26,266 bases of DNA. Origin: Bacteriovoracaceae bacterium. Lineage in GTDB: Bacteria; Bdellovibrionota; Bacteriovoracia; Bacteriovoracales; Bacteriovoracaceae. Position 1 is the stretch's first letter, and every line of letters starts with the position of its first letter. Below, piece after piece: positions 8,535 to 16,256 of the stretch. A program made the position numbers and the translations under genes. A model generated the notes under the pieces. It was not told the origin of the DNA and did no database searches. It was given only the letters and a program-made list of their open reading frames with translations. Location of the stretch: positions 1 to 26,266 of the forward strand of contig JBFGZE010000043.1 in the NCBI GenBank assembly GCA_041586955.1, written 5' to 3'.

Positions 8535-9005
8535 TCAGGCCTCATTCCTTTTAAGTGTTAACATGCTTTCAACCTGTTCGTCACTGCGTCCCAGTATCTG
8601 AGAAATTTCACTAATCAGTTTATCCTTAAGACGTAACCGAAGTTTTCTTTCTGTTGTGGTAATCTTTTTTTCTCTCCTGAGATAAGACAGGTCATGATAA
8701 ATTTCAAGAATGCCTTTAAAGGTCATCTTTTCCATTTTTGCTTTAAAGTACTTATACCTACTACCTTCCGTTTGTTGAGAATCAATTAGGTTATATTGTT
8801 CAAATATTTTTAAACTTTTTAAGACCGTTGATTTGCTAGGTAGTTTTCTCAACTTATTCTCTTCCCCCACAGGGATAAAAACAGTTAGCTTTTGCTGGGT
8901 GTCAAATATTTTATGAAACTCTTTGTCCTTAAAGACTTCTTTGCCTAGATATTTTCCCGCTGCGGTATCTATGCTTGAAATATTATCGCCCTTCCTAAGA
9001 TCCAT
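8535..9005 (-). CDS. Divergent CarD/CdnL-like RNA polymerase-binding regulator (156 aa from MDLRKGD)
   Basis: The likely start ATG 9005-9003 overlaps the ablB stop (TAATG). KGD..., KLTVFIPV..E..LR, SRY, EIYHDL, TTTERKL, LISEIS..L follow the CarD layout and length. Confidence 0.65.
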   Translation of the reverse strand: MDLRKGDNISSIDTAAGKYLGKEVFKDKEFHKIFDTQQKLTVFIPVGEENKLRKLPSKSTVLKSLKIFEQYNLIDSQQTEGSRYKYFKAKMEKMTFKGILEIYHDLSYLRREKKITTTERKLRLRLKDKLISEISQILGRSDEQVESMLTLKRNEA

Positions 9006-9841
9006 TATGACTCCACTAAATTTTTGTACCACACATTCATGCTTTCTATTCCACCGGATATGTTTGTATTTTTCTTTAATGTTCCGCCATATGAATAGCC
9101 ACATTTTGAAAAAGTTATATTCATTCCTGCTGATAGTGCTCGCGCAATTGTGTAGGCGGTTTTAATACCTGCATTTTTCATTTCATCTTCCATGTGACAA
9201 AGAAGCGCCTGAGCAATCCCTTTACCCCTTTGATCGGGGAGAGTTGCAAAATCGGTCATTTCGACATTCTTAGATTCGTAGTCGATTTCACAAGATGCTA
9301 AAGCAATTATTCGGTTATTTTCTATGACACCAAAAATTCTAACGTGACTCTCTAGAGAGTCGACAATAAATTTTTTTTCAAAAATTGGAAAAGGGTAAGT
9401 TTTAAATACTTTAGAATAGACTTCAGTAATATTTTGTGCACTATCTTTTTTTAGCTCAACGACATCAAAGTCACTATATGTTGAAAGCCTATTCTTTTTC
9501 TTATTGGCAATATCAAGGTTCTCTTTAATGACCTTATGATTGACTTGCTTTCTATCTTCGCAAATAAATAGCGAATGGAATTCACTGTCTTCATTTCCAT
9601 CGAAGAATCCAGGGATTTTGGCCTCACATTCAAATTTATATTTTTTCAATAACTTTGAATCCTTGGCATTTACTTTAGCAAAAACTTTTCCATAATTATT
9701 TTGGTAAGCAAGATTGATTACCTGCTCAATAGTATGCTGTTTATTATCGTGATCCGATAACTTCATCAGATAGACGCGGTCATTATAATTTCCATGCTGA
9801 ATAAGACTATTAGTCAATTTAGTCGTTTTGTCGTAGCTCAT
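9005..9841 (-). CDS. ablB: Putative beta-lysine N-acetyltransferase (AblB/YodP-like GNAT)
   Basis: IQHG.YNDRVYLMKL, YGKVFAKV, EAKIPGFF, YPFPI, EMTDFATLP..RGKG, AYTIARA.S.GMN.TF, GTL..NTNISG.IESMNVWYK. Confidence 0.85.
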   Translation of the reverse strand: MSYDKTTKLTNSLIQHGNYNDRVYLMKLSDHDNKQHTIEQVINLAYQNNYGKVFAKVNAKDSKLLKKYKFECEAKIPGFFDGNEDSEFHSLFICEDRKQVNHKVIKENLDIANKKKNRLSTYSDFDVVELKKDSAQNITEVYSKVFKTYPFPIFEKKFIVDSLESHVRIFGVIENNRIIALASCEIDYESKNVEMTDFATLPDQRGKGIAQALLCHMEDEMKNAGIKTAYTIARALSAGMNITFSKCGYSYGGTLKKNTNISGGIESMNVWYKNLVES

Positions 9842-9955
9842 ATTGTTACCTTGCCGTCAAATGTTTAAATCCATATATACATAGTACAATTTTAGACTAT
9901 TATAATGACTAGAATATCTTAGAGTGCGACTTAATTCTTTTCTTATGTTCCTAAA

Positions 9956-10004
9956 TTAGCTTTTCCCTAATAATCTCATGGAAAAACTATTCGATATATC
10001 CGAA
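9956..10004. promoter_or_regulatory. Pair of LysR-type boxes between the divergent ablB and PqqD-like paralog 2 genes
   Basis: TTAG CTTTTCC CTAA (9956-9970) and perfect TTCG ATATATC CGAA (9990-10004). Confidence 0.65.
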
Positions 10005-10083
10005 CTTGTAGGCACTTTAGTGGAAAGAAAAATAAGTGGCCTGGTATGGTAAACTTAAATTTATACTTAGACATGGAGGTCAT

Positions 10084-10353
10084 ATGTACATTAAAAAGGG
10101 AAGTCTATGCAGAGAATCACTCTCTGGCAATCCGATACTTAAAAATTCAAATGGCCAGGCCTATGAAGTAAGTTTTATTGCCGCTTTCATTTGGGAACGG
10201 CTTGATGGAGAAACTTCTTTGCCCTTAATTAAAGAGGAAGTAACGAAAGTTGGAGATATTTCTCAGGAAAAGCTTGGTGAAATCTGGGATTTGGTTCTAA
10301 CCGAATTAGAAAAAGTGGGACTTATTTATAATAGGGATCATGAAATATCGTAA
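10084..10353 (+). CDS. Stand-alone PqqD/RRE-like protein (paralog 2), 89 aa
   Basis: GGAGG RBS before ATG 10084 (the track start at 10036 is probably too early). ILKNSNGQAYEVS.IAAFIWERLDGETSL..I...VLTELEKVGLI is a PqqD signature. Confidence 0.78.
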   Translation: MYIKKGSLCRESLSGNPILKNSNGQAYEVSFIAAFIWERLDGETSLPLIKEEVTKVGDISQEKLGEIWDLVLTELEKVGLIYNRDHEIS

Positions 10354-10680
10354 TAATATACCTATTGTTTTAGTGAGCACTAGTGTAAGCGCAACTTGTA
10401 TCAAGGGGGTCCAAGTTTGAGGGATGGGCCTGTCGTTCACTGCTTTTAGAAAATAAAAATGTATGACTATTATTAACTCGCGTAATGCGAAATGCTCCAC
10501 TTATGGCCTTGCATGACGCGCGGTGCTTGGTACTTGGATAATTCTAAATTACTCACATAAAAATTGGCGCAGTTATGTTGAAAAATATAGATAAAAATAA
10601 ACTTTTTGATATCTAGTGATAGGAGTACGGCCGTAAACATCTACTCAAGTTAAGAATTGCTTTCTAGATTGAAAAGGGCG

Positions 10681-10695
10681 TTCGGCTTTTCCTAA
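10681..10695. promoter_or_regulatory. LysR-type box TTCG-N7-CTAA
   Basis: TTCG GCTTTTC CTAA with a G before and a T after, as in the other copies; a further CCGAAC half-site lies about 20 bp downstream. Confidence 0.5.
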
Positions 10696-11060
10696 TTTGA
10701 TTCAGTATTTGTACCGAACATGACCCCTAACTCCTTGAATATATTCATAATGATAGAGGTCCTTTTTTTTGATAAGGCCTTACCTTCCTTATATTGTATT
10801 TGGGTAGGGGGCCCTCTCATTCGCATAGGCATCTCTTAAATGGATACCTTCTCGTCTAAAGTAAAACGAAGCCGAAGGTCTTTGTTGTGTCGCCCTTCAA
10901 GTTCTAAAATAGAAAAAGGAATTGTCTTAATTCCTCTAGCGGGACGAGTCGGCCCAATAAAAACAATTGATCAAATAAGTATTGTAAAGTATTGTTACCT
11001 AATGTAATTGCGTGTTTTGTGTACTGAGTTTAAAGCGTCGATGTTTTAACGGAGAAAGGC

Positions 11061-11312
11061 GTGAATAATCTACTTTTTATAAACCTTGGTAGCAGTACAG
11101 TAAAAGCAACTTTCCTGACAGGGCAAGACCTCAAGAATACATGTCTAATGAATCCGGACAATATAATTAAGTTGAAAAAATCTATTGGCCTAGCGCCTTT
11201 GCATAATCAAAATGTATATCGTTGGATTGAGATCACTAGAGAATTGTTTAAATGTTCCATTATTGGCGTTTTTGATACGACTTTTTTTAAAGACCTTCCC
11301 GATGTATCTCGA
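11061..11312 (+). pseudogene. ackA: Internally deleted acetate kinase remnant
   Basis: GTG start with GGAG RBS. Retains INLGSSTVK, LAPLHN and VFDTTFFKDLP, but the segment carrying GHRVVHGG and the whole C-terminal half are missing. Confidence 0.75.
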
Positions 11313-11590
11313 GTTGTTTTCCCCGCTGATTCGAACTCTTCAATGGCATTATTTAGAGAAATATTTTCTACGAGAGGACAAATTTGGAACGTTGTCGCTG
11401 CTAAAGGAAAAACCATCCAGTTCTTTGATGAAAATTCTTCTGTTTCTCTTGCAAGAAAAGGAGCATACGTTCTTCGAAGAGCGGCAAATCCACTTCTCGA
11501 ATTGGTGGCAATTGGAGCATATCAATTAGAACAGGTTATGTTGGCCTCAAAGCTTCTCGATAGTAAGAAGGTAGAGCACACTACCTGTAT
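11301..11590 (+). pseudogene. Internal fragment of a phosphoketolase (XFP-like) gene, fused in frame
   Basis: DVSRVVFPADSNS, RGQIWNVVAAK and LELVAIGAYQLEQVMLAS..L resemble the C-terminal region of XFP-like phosphoketolases, which commonly neighbour ackA. Recognised from memory. Confidence 0.6.
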
Positions 11591-11633
11591 GGGGGAAATC
11601 GATGCCCCTTGCAATATTTATTTTGAGATTATT

Positions 11634-12443
11634 ATGAAAAAAAAAATGAATGAAGATGTCGTTAGGTTATTGGAATACTTTGCAAGGCTATTGGCCGAGC
11701 AAAAAGGAATGACCCATCAATCTAATACGTATGAAAAAGCTGCCCTTGAGGTTTCTCGGGTGACCCACGATTTATGTAGCATGACTCCTAAGGAGCTTGA
11801 TGAGATTCCGTATGTCGGAAAAGTAATTTCTTCAGAGATTGAAGAGTATTGTAAGACTGGAGCAGTAAAATACCTTGAAAGGCTTTTAATTATATCAAAT
11901 CCCGTTACGGTGTTGAAAATGGCCAAAGGCTTTGGAGAGGAAAAAACCAGGGATCTTATTGAAGCATTAAATATCGAATCGTTTAGAGATCTGTTAGAAG
12001 AGTATGAAGATGGAAGAATAGGGAAATATCTTGGTAAAGAATCAGTTTCTTATAAAAGAGTTTCCGAGCTCTTGGAATTTCTTCCTAGTTGGGTGAAAAG
12101 CAAGCACGAAGCGGAAAAAAAATTAAAAGATATAAGGCCATCGACGACTGAATTGCTGGAAATAGACCGAGAATTCAGAGAGCATTATAATTTTGATATC
12201 AACAAAAATTTAACAATGAAAAAATTATTTAATGGTGGTCAATTAAGAGTGTTTTTTTCCCGGTCAGAAAAGGCGAGACGATTCCACGCTAATGGCGATT
12301 GGGTCAATGTCCACTTTGAAAAGGATAAAAACTATCTCAAATGGGTCATTCTGACATCTAAATATGGTAGCTTAAAGGGAAAAAGAGTTGTTTTGGGAGA
12401 GGAAAAGGCTTCTAAAAGGGCTTATAGTGATGATGAAAGATAA
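11634..12443 (+). CDS. Helix-hairpin-helix protein with a PolX-like N-terminal domain and no polymerase or PHP domain
   Basis: From ATG 11634 or 11646: N.DVVRLL...A.LL, YEKAA, LDEIPYVGKVISSEIEEY..TG (PolX 8-kDa/HhH domain), GFGEEK (second HhH). C-terminal RPS..ELLEID.EFR, DWV, G.LKGKRVV.G.E. Confidence 0.75.
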   Translation: MKKKMNEDVVRLLEYFARLLAEQKGMTHQSNTYEKAALEVSRVTHDLCSMTPKELDEIPYVGKVISSEIEEYCKTGAVKYLERLLIISNPVTVLKMAKGFGEEKTRDLIEALNIESFRDLLEEYEDGRIGKYLGKESVSYKRVSELLEFLPSWVKSKHEAEKKLKDIRPSTTELLEIDREFREHYNFDINKNLTMKKLFNGGQLRVFFSRSEKARRFHANGDWVNVHFEKDKNYLKWVILTSKYGSLKGKRVVLGEEKASKRAYSDDER

Positions 12444-12670
12444 AATGACGTATTTTCCATTTTTTGGCATGCGTACCTCAAATAGGAACCAAAAGCCTAC
12501 ATAAGCGATCTCATGGTGAAGCCACGTTTTGATAATTGGAATAAATCGACATATCCACACGCTAAACCTAGTAATAAGTATTGTGCTCAAAAGGAAGCAG
12601 TGAGATTATTTGGTCAAGCGATAGGGCCTATTCAAAAAATATTAAAGGCCCAGAATCGCTAGGAGACGTG

Positions 12671-13651
12671 ATGAGTGATATTAAAGCTGTTAGCAATTTA
12701 GATATAGAAGAACTGAAGCCTGGTGAAACAAGTAAGCTATGGCTCCATCTGGTGGATAATGGAATTGGAGAACCGATTAGAATTCCCATTATGATAAAAA
12801 AGGGAATGAATAAAGGGCCCACGTTAGGATTAACTGCGGCCATTCATGGGAACGAGTTAAATGGAATTTCTGTTATACAAACAGTTTTTAAAAAGATTGA
12901 TGCTTCCAAATTAAATGGAACGCTCATTGGGGTTTTAGCATCAAATATACCAGGGCTATTGGTTCAAAAAAGACATTTCAGTGATGGCGTAGATTTAAAT
13001 CGTATTGCGCCAGGAAAGGCCGTAGGGACGGAAGCGGAAGTCTATATTAACAGATTCATGGAAAGAATTATTAAAAAATTTGGCCATCATATTGACCTTC
13101 ATACAGCTAGCTTTGGGCGAGTAAATTCTCATTATGTCCGTGCATCCTTAGACAACGAGGAAACAGCAAAATTAGCTAAATTACAGTCGGCCCAAATCGT
13201 CGTTAATAAACGCGTTGATGATAAAACACTACGGGGAGCAGCACAAAAGATGGGGATCAATTCAATAACTGTTGAGCTAAAAGACCCATTTATCTTTCAA
13301 AGTTGTGTGACAGATAGTGCTGTTCAGGGTGTAAAGAATGTCATGTCTCACCTCGGGATGATTGATGAAGTGATTCTTTGTCCACCAAGAAAAACAATCA
13401 TATGTCATGAATCTAATTGGTTGTATACAGATCGAGGAGGAATTTTGAAGGTATTTCCTGAGGTGGCAACAATTGTTAAAAAGGGTGATTTATTAGCAGA
13501 GTTGACCGATATTTTTGGGGAAACAATAAAGAGTTACTTTGCTCAGCAAGAGTCTGTTGTTATAGGGAAAAGTATTAACCCTATATGCCAAACAGGGGGG
13601 CGCATCATTCATCTAGGGCATTCTCCTGAATTTCTTGATGAATGTAATTAA
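12671..13651 (+). CDS. Succinylglutamate desuccinylase/aspartoacylase (AstE/AspA, M14-like) deacylase
   Basis: AGGAG RBS before ATG 12671. GPTLGLTAAIHGNELNG, DLNR, IDLHT, ITVEL and a C-terminal lipoyl-like domain (GGIL...V.KGD). Confidence 0.88.
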   Translation: MSDIKAVSNLDIEELKPGETSKLWLHLVDNGIGEPIRIPIMIKKGMNKGPTLGLTAAIHGNELNGISVIQTVFKKIDASKLNGTLIGVLASNIPGLLVQKRHFSDGVDLNRIAPGKAVGTEAEVYINRFMERIIKKFGHHIDLHTASFGRVNSHYVRASLDNEETAKLAKLQSAQIVVNKRVDDKTLRGAAQKMGINSITVELKDPFIFQSCVTDSAVQGVKNVMSHLGMIDEVILCPPRKTIICHESNWLYTDRGGILKVFPEVATIVKKGDLLAELTDIFGETIKSYFAQQESVVIGKSINPICQTGGRIIHLGHSPEFLDECN

Positions 13652-13656
13652 TTATT

Positions 13657-14883
13657 ATGCTTAAAGAGACTATAACCCAATACTTTTCAGTTTTCCTTGG
13701 CGTTTTCTTTGTTGTCGCCGGAAATGGATTATTGAATATGTATTTCCCAATTTATGCTAAGGCAAGTATCTCCGCAAGCGAGATCGGTTTAATTACCACC
13801 GCCTATTATATGGGCTTCTTTTTGGGTTGTGTTAAAGTATTAGGACTTATTAGAAGAGTTGGGTTCGTCCGAGCATTTATGTTTGTCAGTACTCTTATCG
13901 GAGCATCGGGACTACTTTTTACCATGTCCGATAGCACATGGTTTTGGTTTCCGCTAAGGTTTGTCATGGGAGTAGGGTATGCGGGTCTATATGTTGTGAT
14001 TGAAAGTTGGATCAATGCATTAGTTGGTAACGAAAGTAGAGGGCGAGTTTATGGGACTTATAGGCTGGTAGAGCTTGGAAGTTTAGCTATTGGCCAAAAT
14101 TTAATTGTGCTACTTGAAGGAAAAACGGGTCATTATCACTTTTCAATGATTACTTTATTAACTATTTTGAGTGCACTCCCATTAGGCCTTACTCTTCTCC
14201 CTCAACCAAGTATTAGCAGTGAGTCTATTTCCGTTAATGTGAAAAAGCTTTGGAAGAATTCGCAATATTCAACTGGAATGATGTTCATGGTTGGTATGAC
14301 TAACTCTGTTATCTGGATGCTTACTCCTTTAATGTTGTTAAATATTGGGATAAAAGAAGGCTCTATTCCGAAGGTTTTTTTCTTTTTTATTTTAGGTGGG
14401 ATTATTTCCCAGTACCCCATCGGATCGTTATCGGACCGTTTAGAGCGGAGAACAATAAATAATATCCTGACGCTAATGGCCGCTATCTTGGCCTATAGCT
14501 TTACTTTGAAACAGTATTTCACCTTTCAGTTTGAACTATTATTTTTCCTATTAGGTGTATTGGTAATGCCTCAGTATTCATTGGTTATGACTCATGCAAT
14601 GGATAAGTCTAATAAAGAAAATGCCGGCCGAATCAGTTCTCAAATGCTATTGCTCTATTCTATCGGAGGCGTGTTTGGTCCTGTGACATGTGGCCTTTTT
14701 ATTAAGTATTTCACGGTAGATGGTCAACCTCTTTATTTATTAACAATATTTTTCATGATGTTTTTATTTGGATTGGGGCAGAGAGTAACAAGAACACCAG
14801 TAGAAAAGAAAAATAAGGAAAACTTTAAAATATTTCCAGAATTATCACCAATTATTTTTAATAAAAAAAGAAAACTATATTAA
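13657..14883 (+). CDS. MFS transporter (YcaD-like)
   Basis: About 12 TM segments; GNGL, IRRVG..RAF, YVVIESW.N....RGR, QYPIG.LSDR..RR. Confidence 0.88.
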   Translation: MLKETITQYFSVFLGVFFVVAGNGLLNMYFPIYAKASISASEIGLITTAYYMGFFLGCVKVLGLIRRVGFVRAFMFVSTLIGASGLLFTMSDSTWFWFPLRFVMGVGYAGLYVVIESWINALVGNESRGRVYGTYRLVELGSLAIGQNLIVLLEGKTGHYHFSMITLLTILSALPLGLTLLPQPSISSESISVNVKKLWKNSQYSTGMMFMVGMTNSVIWMLTPLMLLNIGIKEGSIPKVFFFFILGGIISQYPIGSLSDRLERRTINNILTLMAAILAYSFTLKQYFTFQFELLFFLLGVLVMPQYSLVMTHAMDKSNKENAGRISSQMLLLYSIGGVFGPVTCGLFIKYFTVDGQPLYLLTIFFMMFLFGLGQRVTRTPVEKKNKENFKIFPELSPIIFNKKRKLY

Positions 14884-14897
14884 AGTAGGAGTACAAA

Positions 14898-15359
14898 ATG
14901 ATGCATAAGTATCAAAAAGGAATAGGGCTAATTATTTTAAATTGTTTTATCGCCATCGTGGCCGGCTGTTCTTCATGGAGTGTCGGCCTCGCTTCAGGTC
15001 ATTATAATAACCCCGAGGAAAGATATTGGAGCGATCATGATTATGACGTGCAAGGAAGAAGTTTAAAGATTTATCCTAAAGAAAGAAAAAATAGGAGGAT
15101 ACAAGGTGTTTGCATCATAAAAGATTCAAATGATTTATTTGATAATTACTGCAATAATATCGAGGTTTATTTAGAAGATAAAAATAAAAACATCATTGCT
15201 AGTACCAAAACTGAGGCCAGTGGAACATTTATTTTTAATAATATTAAAAAAGGAACATATCAATTGAAAGTCTTAGATAAGAGATACCAAAAAGTATCTT
15301 CGATTATATATGTAACACCGGGTTCTGAAGTTTTAATACACCTTGAAAAAATAAAATAA
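14898..15359 (+). CDS. Lipoprotein with a carboxypeptidase-regulatory/SdrD-B-like beta-sandwich domain
   Basis: AGGAG RBS; lipobox VAGC; VYL.D....IASTKT..SGTF.F.NI.KGTY.LKV. Confidence 0.7.
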   Translation: MMHKYQKGIGLIILNCFIAIVAGCSSWSVGLASGHYNNPEERYWSDHDYDVQGRSLKIYPKERKNRRIQGVCIIKDSNDLFDNYCNNIEVYLEDKNKNIIASTKTEASGTFIFNNIKKGTYQLKVLDKRYQKVSSIIYVTPGSEVLIHLEKIK

Positions 15360-15375
15360 ACATGAGGAGAGTAGA

Positions 15376-16248
15376 ATGAAAAATATCTTAGTTACAACAG
15401 ATTTAACTCGCTCATCGGATGACGCGATTAAGGCGGCGTTGGCGATAGGAGAAGGGTTCGGTCTGAGTATTAAGATCGTTCATATTCACAAAGGTGAGCT
15501 CGATTCAAGTGCTTCTTGTCTCTTTCCAGAATTTGAAGGTCGTCTCTATGAAATAAAAAATTTATTTTATAAGAATCTTGAATCGCAGTTAATGAAACAG
15601 ATTAATAGATTTCAAGTTGGAAATAAAAAGGTATCCGGAGAAATTATTTTCACTTCAGATATTGATAACTTTGATGACATGACTGATAGATTTAAGGCCG
15701 ATCTTGCCGTTATACCGGATCATGATGAAGAGTTTGACAGTTATTTTGGTGGTTCTGTTAGTGAGAGGTTAATTCGCGTCTCAAAGCAAGATGTATTAAT
15801 AGTTAAAAAGTCATTTCCCCAAAAAATGGAAAAGATATTGGTGCCTTTCGCTTTAAATAATTTTTCCTTAAAGGCGATAGATACTGCCAAAACTTTCGCC
15901 GAAAGATTTGGCGCACGTCTCTCTCTTATTCATATCCACTCTCTTGAGAAGGGGTATAGTGGTGATATGACAGAATTTGCCAAGTCTGACGAGCAAAAAT
16001 TATTTTCTGAAAAAATAAAAGAAAAGATTCAGTCCTTAGATCAATCAGGTCTGTTAGATGAGCTTAGGGTTGAGTACTGTGAATTTGGGAAGAAGGAAAA
16101 GCTTCTTACTATGATTAATAACGAAAGACCGGATTTGATTATCATGGGAGCATCTAGAAAAAAGGGATTACAGAGATTATATCTTGGTAGCTTTTGTGAA
16201 TACATTTTAAGAAACGGTCAATCTAATATGTTAATTACTAAAAACTAA
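15376..16248 (+). CDS. Tandem-domain universal stress protein
   Basis: KNILVTTDL..SS, GSVSERLIR....VLIVK, KILVP, DLIIMG..RKKGL.RLYLGS. Confidence 0.9.
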   Translation: MKNILVTTDLTRSSDDAIKAALAIGEGFGLSIKIVHIHKGELDSSASCLFPEFEGRLYEIKNLFYKNLESQLMKQINRFQVGNKKVSGEIIFTSDIDNFDDMTDRFKADLAVIPDHDEEFDSYFGGSVSERLIRVSKQDVLIVKKSFPQKMEKILVPFALNNFSLKAIDTAKTFAERFGARLSLIHIHSLEKGYSGDMTEFAKSDEQKLFSEKIKEKIQSLDQSGLLDELRVEYCEFGKKEKLLTMINNERPDLIIMGASRKKGLQRLYLGSFCEYILRNGQSNMLITKN

Positions 16249-16256
16249 GGAAAAAA

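Noticed and set aside
9006..9104. N-terminal extension of the 8535-9104 ORF in the track
   Set aside because: It lies inside ablB; CarD-like similarity starts at the ATG at 9005, which overlaps the ablB stop.
10564..10578. TGGCGCAGTTATGT as a sigma-54 promoter
   Set aside because: It lacks the conserved GC at -12 and has no adjacent gene.
12444..12662. Short frames between the HhH and AstE genes (for example MVKPRFDNWNK...AQNR)
   Set aside because: No RBS or recognisable family; may be another remnant but cannot be supported.
12581..12670. TTG start at 12581 for the AstE/AspA gene
   Set aside because: A clear AGGAG RBS precedes GTG/ATG at 12668/12671, so the extension is unlikely.
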